DNA from: a virus
DNA: 64,000 nucleotides
Reading direction: 5' to 3' (one strand)
Virus record (IMG/VR): IMGVR_UViG_3300025789_000024
Span: 51,391-115,390 of that record
This document shows positions 30,748 through 39,882 of the stretch, one piece after another; positions within the stretch are counted from its first letter, which is position 1; each line of letters begins with the position of its first letter. Under the pieces are notes generated by a model that had not been told where the DNA came from, ran no database searches, and saw nothing but the letters and a program-made list of their open reading frames with translations. The position numbers and the translations under genes were made by a program.

Positions 30748-31703
30748 TCGCAATTGAAGCACCTCAACCATATGTTGCAGTAACATGGCAAGTTAACAAT
30801 TTCTGTAACTTTCGCTGTAGTTACTGTAACCCCGGCAACTGGGCGGGCGCAAATCCCAACAATGGCAATTTAGATATTTACCTAGCTAACTTAAAAGTTA
30901 TCGCACAGCGTTATAAACAATCAGGTTACAAGAACTTCAAGTTCTTTTTCAGTGGCGGCGAACCAACGGCATGGCGCAATTTTATTCCTATCTGTGAATG
31001 GATTCGTGAAGAACTACCTAATTCAACTATTGCAGTTAACACTAACTTAAGTCGTCCATTGGCATGGTGGGAAAAACATCATCATTTATTTGATGACATC
31101 GTTGCTAGTTTCCATGTAGAGTTTAGTGACAAGAAACGTTACGAAGAAAACAGCATTTATCTATGTGATAAAGTCAATTATCTTTCTAGTAAGATGTTGA
31201 TGCATGAGGAAAGATTCTGGGAAGTTGTTGAGTTTGCTGAATATCTTAAAACAGTAATGCCAAACTATTTCATTGAATGGACTCCTTTATATGATGAACT
31301 AAGTCATGTTACGGGTCCTTGGAATTATAAAGATCCTGCAAAAACAGAATTCTTTAAAACTCATAACATTGAAATGCAACAAACTAAAGATAAGCCTGCT
31401 AAAAGCACAGAGTTTGCAGTAAGTTACAATCGGTATGATGACAACACTACACAAGTATGTAATGCCAATGATGTGATTGTTAATGGGCAAAACTTCTTTA
31501 GTGGTTGGAACTGCAATGTGGGTGATTGTATCTTTATCAATCCTGTGGGTGATGTTAGTCTAGCAAGTTGCGGACAAACTGAAAAAATAGGACATATATT
31601 AGAAGATATCAGTAAAGTGGGTCCAAAACAAATTACATGTTATAAAGAAATGTGTATGTGCGGTACAGATATTATCATACCGAAAATTCTAGTCGATAAA
31701 TAA
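30732..31703 (+). CDS. Radical SAM protein with C-terminal Cys-rich (twitch/SPASM-like) domain
   Basis: CNFRCSYC; SGGEPT; C-terminal WNC...ASC...C..MCMCGTD. Confidence 0.9.
   Translation: MGRKLIAIEAPQPYVAVTWQVNNFCNFRCSYCNPGNWAGANPNNGNLDIYLANLKVIAQRYKQSGYKNFKFFFSGGEPTAWRNFIPICEWIREELPNSTIAVNTNLSRPLAWWEKHHHLFDDIVASFHVEFSDKKRYEENSIYLCDKVNYLSSKMLMHEERFWEVVEFAEYLKTVMPNYFIEWTPLYDELSHVTGPWNYKDPAKTEFFKTHNIEMQQTKDKPAKSTEFAVSYNRYDDNTTQVCNANDVIVNGQNFFSGWNCNVGDCIFINPVGDVSLASCGQTEKIGHILEDISKVGPKQITCYKEMCMCGTDIIIPKILVDK
31696..31702 (+). promoter_or_regulatory. Late-like promoter motif ATAAATA
   Basis: ATAAATA overlapping the upstream stop codon, 5 nt before the ATG at 31708. Confidence 0.5.
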
Positions 31704-31707
31704 CAAT

Positions 31708-33051
31708 ATGGAAAAAATTAAAGTTTGTTATAGTTGGATTGGCCCCAAAGGTCCGATTTGGAATACAGAAATTCCTAATGTGTTAAGTTTTGCAAGTGTG
31801 GCCGAAGGTAGTGGCACCACCTCTCATAACTTTTGGGCTGATGATCTCTGGAATCGAGTGTTTAGTCAACGCAAAGATATATTTGAAATGTATCCTGCAA
31901 TTAGTGTTGATGTAGATTCTAATGATCCTTTTATATTCCCCTACTCATTAACATGGCGAGTTAGTTTTGAGAACTACTTTTGCGGTAGAACAGGAATACT
32001 TGAATTCTCGCATATCCCATGGCATTTAATCAGACTGATTAGAATGAATAGGGGCTATATATTAATTGATCATAGCGTAGAAGCATTTATGAATTCAGGT
32101 CATATGAATTCACTACATGGATATTTTAGGGGTATTCATGGATTACCTCTTAACAAAATCATATATCTAACTGGTTGCATGAATGCTAAAGAAATGTATG
32201 ACGAGTATTGTAACACACATAATATTCCAAACACTCCTGACGAAAGATTAACAATTGTTTCATATCCTTCATCACATAATATTTTTTCAATTCAACTAAC
32301 ACGACCTGATATTGTAGAAAAGAACGGGGTTCCAGAATATGATACTGAAACAGTACCTGAAAAATTGTTTTTAATGTGGAATCGTAGATACAGAAGACAC
32401 CGTATTGAACTAGCATTGGGTCTAGAAAAGAATAATCTAGTAGACAGAAGTCATATTAGTTTTAGCAAGTTTGATTTGGAACACCCAACTACTACATTAG
32501 AAAAATGGATAGATAGTTATTTGCTTAATAATAATTATTTAGAAATTACACCTGAAGTTACCAATAGATTCAAGAACAAGCTACCATTGGTGTTAGACGC
32601 TGAAACTGATGTAAACAAAATGTGTGCTGATGAAGAAAACTCCACAAAAGATTATTATAAAACAAGTTTAGTAAGTATAGTAACAGAAACAAATTTTGAT
32701 TTACCAGAATTAACGCTGACCGAGAAATCATTTAAACCAATGAAGCACAAACAACCTTTCATTGTTGTAGGTGTACCCGGCGCGCTAAAAGCAATGCGTG
32801 ACATGGGCTTCAAAACGTTTAGTGATTTTTGGGATGAATCGTATGATACTATTCAAGATCCAAATATGCGTATGAGGAAACTTGTGCAATTAACTGCAAC
32901 AATAGGTAGTTGGACACCTGATCAAATACTTGATTTTAAACGTAGAGTCAAACCTATAGTAGATCACAACTATGAACAATTAAAAGTTCCTAGTTCAACA
33001 ATAGTAGTTAACAAACTTATTTCAACAGTTATGGGAAGTAATCCAGTATGA
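31708..33051 (+). CDS. 'TEK'-motif protein, putative glycosyltransferase (GT10/GT47-like C-terminal domain)
   Basis: C-terminal SLVSIVTET...LTEKSFKP..HKQPFIVVG......LGF.TF.DFWDESYD shared with three other ORFs; resembles the E...TEK donor-binding motif of GT10 fucosyltransferases. The function is inferred. Confidence 0.45.
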   Translation: MEKIKVCYSWIGPKGPIWNTEIPNVLSFASVAEGSGTTSHNFWADDLWNRVFSQRKDIFEMYPAISVDVDSNDPFIFPYSLTWRVSFENYFCGRTGILEFSHIPWHLIRLIRMNRGYILIDHSVEAFMNSGHMNSLHGYFRGIHGLPLNKIIYLTGCMNAKEMYDEYCNTHNIPNTPDERLTIVSYPSSHNIFSIQLTRPDIVEKNGVPEYDTETVPEKLFLMWNRRYRRHRIELALGLEKNNLVDRSHISFSKFDLEHPTTTLEKWIDSYLLNNNYLEITPEVTNRFKNKLPLVLDAETDVNKMCADEENSTKDYYKTSLVSIVTETNFDLPELTLTEKSFKPMKHKQPFIVVGVPGALKAMRDMGFKTFSDFWDESYDTIQDPNMRMRKLVQLTATIGSWTPDQILDFKRRVKPIVDHNYEQLKVPSSTIVVNKLISTVMGSNPV

Positions 33052-34022
33052 AGAAAATTTTAGTTTGCGGTGCAGGTGGATTTATCGGCACATACCTAGT
33101 TGAAAAGCTAAAAGAACAAGGTAACTATGTTGTAGGGGCTGACTTGCATTATCCATTATACAGCGAAACACTAGCAGATGCATTTTATATCATGGACTTG
33201 CGTGAACAAGAAAATGTTCGTAAGTTGGTTACTAGTGATATTGATGAGATTTATCAATTGGCTGCTGACATGGGCGGCGCCGGATATATCTTTACAGGTG
33301 AACATGATGCTGATATTATGCATAACAGTTGCCAAATCAACTTGAACATCTTAGACGAGATGGTTAAGAAAAATGTAAAGAACGTATTCTATAGTAGTAG
33401 CGCATGTATGTATCCAAGTCACAATCAGGAAGATCCTGATAACCCCTTGTTAGCAGAAGATAGTGCATATCCTGCTAACCCAGACAGTGAGTATGGTTGG
33501 GAGAAACTATTCAGCGAACGCTTGTATCTTACATATGCAAAGAACTATGGATTGAAAGTTCGTATTGCACGTTTTCATAACATCTTTGGCCCACGTGGTA
33601 GTTGGAACAATGGCAAAGAAAAAGCTCCTGCTGCACTATGCCGTAAAGTAGCAATGTGCGAAGACAATGGCATTGTTGACGTATGGGGCCCAGGCAATCA
33701 AACACGTAGTTTCTTATTCATTGATGAGTGTGTTGAGGGTATCCAACGCATTATGGAAAGTAATTATACTGAGCCATTGAACTTGGGTAGCACACGTATG
33801 ATATCTATCAATGATTTGGTATTTTTGATTGCTAAAGTAAATAACAAAACAGTAAGCATTCGTAACATTGATGGCCCTAGGGGTGTTATGGGTCGTACTA
33901 GTGATAACAACTTAATCAAAGAAAAAATTAATTGGCAACCTGACGAAGATTTAGAATCAGGGTTAATTAAAACATATCAATGGATTAGTGAACAAATTCA
34001 AAATGGTAAAGGTGATGTATGA
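33048..34022 (+). CDS. NAD-dependent epimerase/dehydratase, GDP-mannose 3,5-epimerase-like
   Basis: GAGGFIG Rossmann motif; QLAADMGGAGYI, SSSACMYP, YGWEK (YxxxK), RFHNIFGP and GKEKAPAALCRK are characteristic of the GME subfamily. Confidence 0.88.
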   Translation: MKKILVCGAGGFIGTYLVEKLKEQGNYVVGADLHYPLYSETLADAFYIMDLREQENVRKLVTSDIDEIYQLAADMGGAGYIFTGEHDADIMHNSCQINLNILDEMVKKNVKNVFYSSSACMYPSHNQEDPDNPLLAEDSAYPANPDSEYGWEKLFSERLYLTYAKNYGLKVRIARFHNIFGPRGSWNNGKEKAPAALCRKVAMCEDNGIVDVWGPGNQTRSFLFIDECVEGIQRIMESNYTEPLNLGSTRMISINDLVFLIAKVNNKTVSIRNIDGPRGVMGRTSDNNLIKEKINWQPDEDLESGLIKTYQWISEQIQNGKGDV

Positions 34023-35095
34023 TCACTGCCTACTTTGTAACATGTGCTAATATACCAATGCCGGCTCATCTATATGATTGGCAAAAAGAAATAAACGAAA
34101 TTAAAGAATTAAATCCAGACTATTTGTTTGTAAATTGCACAACTGAGTATGAGCCTGCATATATTTTTAGAACATATATTAGTGGGTTGAATGACTGGTT
34201 AGTTGAAAATAATAAAAAATTAATTATATTTTGTTCAGGACCTGATGGCTTAGAAATAACACCCAATGTTATACTCGAAAAGACATATGGGTATTATATA
34301 ATCAATTATCAAAGTTGTAAAAAAGAACTTTTTGAATACGAAAATAGTCAAGCTGTGAGAATTGAACCTTATCAAGAAACACGTGCAGTTAAATGGTTTA
34401 CTTGCTATAACAACAATCCTAAGTACGAGCGTGGATTATTAGTAGATCAACTTGCAAAAAACAATTTATTACAACATGGTATAGTTACATTTCAATTCCC
34501 TGAAAGAGTTCAGGCACCGCATAATGTCACATTTTCTTGGAATCATCATGACGGGTCTAGGTTAATAGACGAAGAAGATTTTGTACTTAATAAAACTCCT
34601 GAATTCATCCCTAATAATTTTGCTAAAAGTTATTTTAATGGATTTATAGACGTAGTAAGCGAAAGTTCATTTAATACTGGTAATTTTTTTGTCACAGAAA
34701 AAACTTGTAAACCGATTGTTGGATTAAAACCTTTTATGGTACTAGCAAGTGAAAACTATCACAAAAATCTAGTTGAAGATTACGGCATTGAATTGTATGA
34801 TGAACTTTTTGATTACAGTTTTGATAGTATGCCAAACATTAATGATAGAATACAAGGAATCATTGATAATTTAAATAGGATTGTTCAATGGGACTTAAGC
34901 AAGATACAAGAAATACATAATATTTTATTACCTAAAATGTTATATAATCGACAAAAATTTTTAGATTATGGTAGTAATAAAGAAAAAATGGTACCTAAAT
35001 CACTACAATTTTTAACAGAGACGGCTGATTATAAATTATATGGTAGGGGGTACGAGGTTATGTTAACATTGATGGAGCCTTGGTTAGTAAAATGA
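34019..35095 (+). CDS. 'TEK'-motif putative glycosyltransferase
   Basis: FIDVVSES...FVTEKTCKPIVGLKPFMV...GIELYDELFDYSFD; closest to 54450..55505. Confidence 0.45.
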   Translation: MITAYFVTCANIPMPAHLYDWQKEINEIKELNPDYLFVNCTTEYEPAYIFRTYISGLNDWLVENNKKLIIFCSGPDGLEITPNVILEKTYGYYIINYQSCKKELFEYENSQAVRIEPYQETRAVKWFTCYNNNPKYERGLLVDQLAKNNLLQHGIVTFQFPERVQAPHNVTFSWNHHDGSRLIDEEDFVLNKTPEFIPNNFAKSYFNGFIDVVSESSFNTGNFFVTEKTCKPIVGLKPFMVLASENYHKNLVEDYGIELYDELFDYSFDSMPNINDRIQGIIDNLNRIVQWDLSKIQEIHNILLPKMLYNRQKFLDYGSNKEKMVPKSLQFLTETADYKLYGRGYEVMLTLMEPWLVK

Positions 35096-35988
35096 AAAAA
35101 TATATTATTGGACTGGGATGTAGCTGGACACAAGGTGAAGGCGGATACCCTGATGAAATCGTTAAAGAATATAATGGTAGAGTGCAAATTAGCAATAGGG
35201 GTAAAAACGATTATCACTTACGCAAATATGAACTTGAGAACAGCTGGGTAAATCAATTAGTACGTGATCACTTTCCTGATCACACTCCATTGAATTTAGG
35301 TATCAAAGGTATTGGTAACAGAGCCGCAGTACACCAATTGCACTTTGTAGACAACGTTGACTGGGATAATAGCACAGGCATTATTGTGTTTATGATGTCA
35401 GGTATTGAACGTTTTGATTTCTTTAGAGAACATCCAAAGAACATTAGTGACCATCAAACTACGCAACCAGATGGCTATAGTGATGGCACTTTTGCACACA
35501 ACAAGTGGAGAACAATGTGGCCAGCACCCGGTGTCACTGGAGGTGAAGCACCATTGTGGGAATGTTATGCTAAAATGTTATGGAGTGAACAATTTGCGGC
35601 ATGTGAACAGATGATGGCATTACTTGATTTGCAAACATTTGCAAAAGCATATGGATTCAAAGTCGTAATAGCAAATGCGTTTAATAGTTATAACCCGCAA
35701 GGTATTAAACAGTATCTAACCGAGAATGCATATTCATTAGTAAACAAGTTTGATTGGGATGGATACGTACATGACCAAACCCCTTACATTGCATTTATGC
35801 AAAAATTAGTATGGGAAGATGGTTTAATGGATCCTCCTAGTTGGGGAGGATTTCATGCATTCTATAAACAAAGAGAATGGCCCGCTAAATATTTGACTAA
35901 CTGTGATGGTGCACACCCCACTATTGAAGGCTATAAAGTAATAGCAGACGAGTTAGCAAATTTTATAAAGTTAAAAAGTTATGCCTAA
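35080..35988 (+). CDS. SGNH/GDSL hydrolase-like protein
   Basis: Block I GLGCSWTQG (GCS variant), G.GN block, C-terminal DGAHPT (DxxH). The likely start is the ATG at 35092. Confidence 0.65.
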   Translation: MVSKMKKYIIGLGCSWTQGEGGYPDEIVKEYNGRVQISNRGKNDYHLRKYELENSWVNQLVRDHFPDHTPLNLGIKGIGNRAAVHQLHFVDNVDWDNSTGIIVFMMSGIERFDFFREHPKNISDHQTTQPDGYSDGTFAHNKWRTMWPAPGVTGGEAPLWECYAKMLWSEQFAACEQMMALLDLQTFAKAYGFKVVIANAFNSYNPQGIKQYLTENAYSLVNKFDWDGYVHDQTPYIAFMQKLVWEDGLMDPPSWGGFHAFYKQREWPAKYLTNCDGAHPTIEGYKVIADELANFIKLKSYA

Positions 35989-37906
35989 AAAAGTAATAAG
36001 TTTTGTAAGTCCGAATTTTCAACAAGGTCCAAAAGAATACAATGCTTTTTACTTGCCTTATAGCCCTGCGGTTTTGTGGAGCTATGTTAGTTATTTTCCG
36101 CATATAAACGAGAACTATGAGTTAGGTGATTTTATATGGCGCAGGGATTATATTGAAGACGCTGTAGAATTATTACGTCATAGTGATATCGTTGGTTTCA
36201 GTACATACATATGGAATCGTAGTTATAGTGCAGTTCTTGGCAGAGAGTTAAAGAAGGCTAATCCCGATATCTTTATCATTGCCGGCGGACCCGAGTATCC
36301 TATTGAAAAAGAAGGCTTCTTTGAGAAATACCCATTCATTGATGTATGTGTTAAACTTGAAGGTGAAATAGCATTTAGACGCATACTAGAAAACTTGCAT
36401 GAAGGTAAGCCTTTTACCGAGATTCCAGGCTTGCTTATCAATGACAATGGCAAAACTATTGACACAGGTAGTAGTCCACGTATTGATGAACTAGATACAA
36501 TTCCTAGTCCTTATCTTTCAGGCATCTTTGACAAATTAATGGCAAAGCATCCTGAGATTCGTTGGAACGCAACACTAGAAACAAATCGTGGATGCCCCTA
36601 TGCATGTACGTTCTGTGACTGGGGAAGTCTTACCTACAACAAAGTTAAGAAGTTTAACTTGGAACGTGTATATGCAGAATTAGAATGGATTGGTCAAAAG
36701 GGATTAGACTTTGTTAGTTTTACTGATGCTAACTTTGGTATCTTTCCTGAGCGTGATGGTCTTATTGCTGACAAACTAATTGAAGTTCAACAGAAATACG
36801 GCAACCCAAAAGCATATACAATTGCTTGGGCTAAAAATCAAAAGCAAGAAGTTGTTGACATTGTGCGTAAGTTAATCTATGAAGGTGGCGCAAAGATTGG
36901 ATTGAACTTAAGTGTGCAAACAATGGATGACAATGTGTTAGACATTATTAAACGCAAAAATCTTGAAATGAACAAGATTGAAGAAGTGTTTAAGATGTGC
37001 GAAGAACATAACATTCCTTTATACACAGAATTGATTTTGGGACTGCCCGGGGAAACGTTAGACAGTTGGAAAGAAAACTTTTATAAACTATATAAGAGTG
37101 GTAACCACACTGGAATTACAATCTATCAAGCACAACTTTTAGAAAACGCTGAGATGAATTTAACACAGCGCAAACTATACAAATTAGAAGGTCGTGTAGT
37201 GTATGATTATCTAGTTGGTACATATAACGAACATGAGCTACAAGAGGGTGTTGAAGTTGTTATTTCTACACGTGACTTGCCTATAGAAAAAATGACTAAA
37301 GCACAAGTGCATAGTTGGTTTCAAAACACATTCCATATCAATGGTATTACAAACTACATTAGTAGAGTTTTGTATAAACTTAATGGGATAGAGTATCGTG
37401 AGTTTTACGAAAAGTTATATGCACATATCGAAAAAGATCCATGGTTAGCAAGTGAAATTCATCGTATTGCTGACCACTATCAAAATTGGGGTAAGCATGG
37501 TCGTATTGACCACACGCCTATTCAAGGTATGGAGATTCACGGTTGGAACTTAGTACACAGCACAACAATTAATATTCACAGTGAAGGAATGCACAAACAC
37601 GTATTTGATGTTGTTGAAGATTTTTTACGTACTGAATTTGACATCGAAGAAAGTTTGTTACAAGAACTAATGATTTTCCAAAGAAATTATTTGGTTGATC
37701 ACAAAGACATTGCAAACTATCCCAAACTATTGTCTTTCAAACATGACATTCCTAGCTATGTTCAAAACGCAAGTGAATTAGTCAGTCCATGTGAGTATGA
37801 ATTTGATTTCCCAGAAGATAAAACTCAATCGTTACAAAGATTCTGTGAACAAATTTTCTTTGCAAGACGCAGAAACTTTGGTAAATCATGGATCACTAAA
37901 AAATGA
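35981..37906 (+). CDS. Cobalamin (B12)-binding radical SAM protein (class B methyltransferase-like)
   Basis: B12-binding region VGFSTYIWN...IAGGPE...EGE; ETNRGCPYACTFCDWG; DANFG; ELILGLPGET. Confidence 0.9.
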   Translation: MPKKVISFVSPNFQQGPKEYNAFYLPYSPAVLWSYVSYFPHINENYELGDFIWRRDYIEDAVELLRHSDIVGFSTYIWNRSYSAVLGRELKKANPDIFIIAGGPEYPIEKEGFFEKYPFIDVCVKLEGEIAFRRILENLHEGKPFTEIPGLLINDNGKTIDTGSSPRIDELDTIPSPYLSGIFDKLMAKHPEIRWNATLETNRGCPYACTFCDWGSLTYNKVKKFNLERVYAELEWIGQKGLDFVSFTDANFGIFPERDGLIADKLIEVQQKYGNPKAYTIAWAKNQKQEVVDIVRKLIYEGGAKIGLNLSVQTMDDNVLDIIKRKNLEMNKIEEVFKMCEEHNIPLYTELILGLPGETLDSWKENFYKLYKSGNHTGITIYQAQLLENAEMNLTQRKLYKLEGRVVYDYLVGTYNEHELQEGVEVVISTRDLPIEKMTKAQVHSWFQNTFHINGITNYISRVLYKLNGIEYREFYEKLYAHIEKDPWLASEIHRIADHYQNWGKHGRIDHTPIQGMEIHGWNLVHSTTINIHSEGMHKHVFDVVEDFLRTEFDIEESLLQELMIFQRNYLVDHKDIANYPKLLSFKHDIPSYVQNASELVSPCEYEFDFPEDKTQSLQRFCEQIFFARRRNFGKSWITKK

Positions 37907-38613
37907 AAACATTGTTTACAAATGGTTGTAGCTGGACATATGGCGGTGGCTTAGATAATACATATGACGAAGAGACACTACGTAATCAAATCGCATGGCC
38001 AGCACAATTAAAAACACTAATGAACTTTGATACGCATGTTAACCTTGCAGAAGGGTGCGGTAGTAACCAGCGTATAGTTAGAACTACATTAGAATGGATA
38101 TGGCAACAGACACCCGAAACATTAGAGAACACTACAGCAGTAATACAATGGACTGAACCATCACGTTATGAATATTACTATCCTAAAGATATAAATGATA
38201 GTTATGAAAGTTTGCCTGATCGTTGGGCAAGAGTTAAAATTGGCACAGTAATTGGTAAAACAGAATTAAAAGACAGAAGTTCATATGAAGATATGTTAAA
38301 GGATTCTCAAAAACGATATGAAAATTACACAGACATTGAAGGATTGTATCAGCACATTACTCATTGCGAAACACTAGCCAGCATTTTTAAATCTTATGGA
38401 ATAAAATATTACTATTGGAGTTATTGTGCAATATATGGAAACATGGAACAACCTTATAAAAAATTTATTATGGATAGATATAATTGGTTAGAACCATCTG
38501 GTAGGCACCTTTGGGATTATGATAGGCTTTATAATGACCCCCACCCTAGTGTTTTGGGACAACAACAACTAGCACAGCATATAAAAAATTCCATAGAAAA
38601 TATTAACCTATAA
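37903..38613 (+). CDS. SGNH/GDSL hydrolase-like protein
   Basis: TNGCSWTYG; NLAEGCGSNQRI; IQWT...R; DPHPS. Confidence 0.65.
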   Translation: MKTLFTNGCSWTYGGGLDNTYDEETLRNQIAWPAQLKTLMNFDTHVNLAEGCGSNQRIVRTTLEWIWQQTPETLENTTAVIQWTEPSRYEYYYPKDINDSYESLPDRWARVKIGTVIGKTELKDRSSYEDMLKDSQKRYENYTDIEGLYQHITHCETLASIFKSYGIKYYYWSYCAIYGNMEQPYKKFIMDRYNWLEPSGRHLWDYDRLYNDPHPSVLGQQQLAQHIKNSIENINL

Positions 38614-38616
38614 ATA
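38609..38616 (+). promoter_or_regulatory. Exact T4 late promoter consensus TATAAATA
   Basis: TATAAATA 5 nt before the ATG at 38622; no SD in between, so the transcript may be leaderless. Confidence 0.6.
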
Positions 38617-38621
38617 TCTAC

Positions 38622-39806
38622 ATGAAAAAAGTAGCAATGATTGGTCTTGGTAAACTAGGTTTACCATGTGCAGAAGTAATGGCATCATGTTATGATGTGT
38701 GTGGGTATGACATAACCATTGTAGACCCTACAATGACAGTTGCAATTAAAGGTTCTATACAAGAAGCTGTAACAGATAGGGACATTATCTTTATTGCAGT
38801 ACCCACACCACATGATCCTAAATATGGTGGCGAGACACCAACTAGTCATTTGTCTAATACTGACTTTGATTACACAATTGTTATTAACACATTAAAAGAA
38901 GTCAATAGATATGTTAATAAAAATCAATTGGTTGTACTAATCAGTACCGTATTGCCAGGAACAGTGCGTAATCAATTAATCAATCATATTTCAAATGCAC
39001 GTTTTGTTTATAATCCCTACTTGATTGCTATGGGCACAGTAGCCGAAGACTTTGCTAACCCTGAAATGATCATCATTGGTACAAAAAATGGTTCAATTAC
39101 AGGTGATGCTAGTGAGTTGATTGATTTTTACGCACCATTAATGAAAAATAACCCACGCATCGAAGTTGGTACTTGGGACGAAGCAGAATCAATTAAGATT
39201 TTTTACAATACTTTTATTAGTGCAAAGATTGCATTAGTAAACATGATACAAGACGTAGCAGAAACTAATGGTAATATCAACGTTGATGTTGTTACCAATG
39301 CATTAGCAAAGTCATCGTATCGTATCATGGGACCTGCATATATGAAAGCAGGTATGGGTGATGGTGGGGCTTGTCATCCACGTGATAACATCGCATTACG
39401 TTATCTAGCAGACAGATTAGATTTAGGTTATGATTTGTTTGATAGTATCATGACTGCTAGAGAAGTACAAGCCAAAAGATTAGCGCAAACATGTTTGAAA
39501 TATGGTAACAACGTTACTATCATTGGTAAAGCATATAAGCCCGGAGTTCATTATACTAATGGCAGTAGTAGTTTGTTAGTTGGATATTATATCACTGAAT
39601 TGGGTGGCAATGTAAATTACTACGATGTACATACAGGTGATACTGACCTTAAAACAGAAACAACTGAAGTATACATGATTGGTTATTGGGACAAATATGT
39701 AGAAGAATTAGATTTGCCTAATACAGCAGTAGTTATTGACCCCTGGCGCAGATATAACAAAACATCTAAACAAACTATCCATTACGGAAACACTAGAATG
39801 GGTTAA
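38622..39806 (+). CDS. UDP-glucose/GDP-mannose 6-dehydrogenase family protein
   Basis: IGLGKLGLP; FIAVPTP; STVLPGT; AESIKIFYNTF; GMGDGGACHPRD with the catalytic Cys. Confidence 0.9.
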   Translation: MKKVAMIGLGKLGLPCAEVMASCYDVCGYDITIVDPTMTVAIKGSIQEAVTDRDIIFIAVPTPHDPKYGGETPTSHLSNTDFDYTIVINTLKEVNRYVNKNQLVVLISTVLPGTVRNQLINHISNARFVYNPYLIAMGTVAEDFANPEMIIIGTKNGSITGDASELIDFYAPLMKNNPRIEVGTWDEAESIKIFYNTFISAKIALVNMIQDVAETNGNINVDVVTNALAKSSYRIMGPAYMKAGMGDGGACHPRDNIALRYLADRLDLGYDLFDSIMTAREVQAKRLAQTCLKYGNNVTIIGKAYKPGVHYTNGSSSLLVGYYITELGGNVNYYDVHTGDTDLKTETTEVYMIGYWDKYVEELDLPNTAVVIDPWRRYNKTSKQTIHYGNTRMG

Positions 39807-39855
39807 TGCGCCAATTCATGTGCATGAGTTAATTTATACGTAATAGTATAATGCT

Positions 39856-39862
39856 CTAAATA
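39856..39862 (+). promoter_or_regulatory. Late-like promoter CTAAATA inside the loop of a 9-bp inverted repeat
   Basis: TAGTATAAT (39844-39852) and ATTATACTA (39864-39872) flank CTAAATA; AGGAG SD at 39872-39876; TTG start at 39883. Confidence 0.5.
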
Positions 39863-39882
39863 GATTATACTAGGAGCAATCA

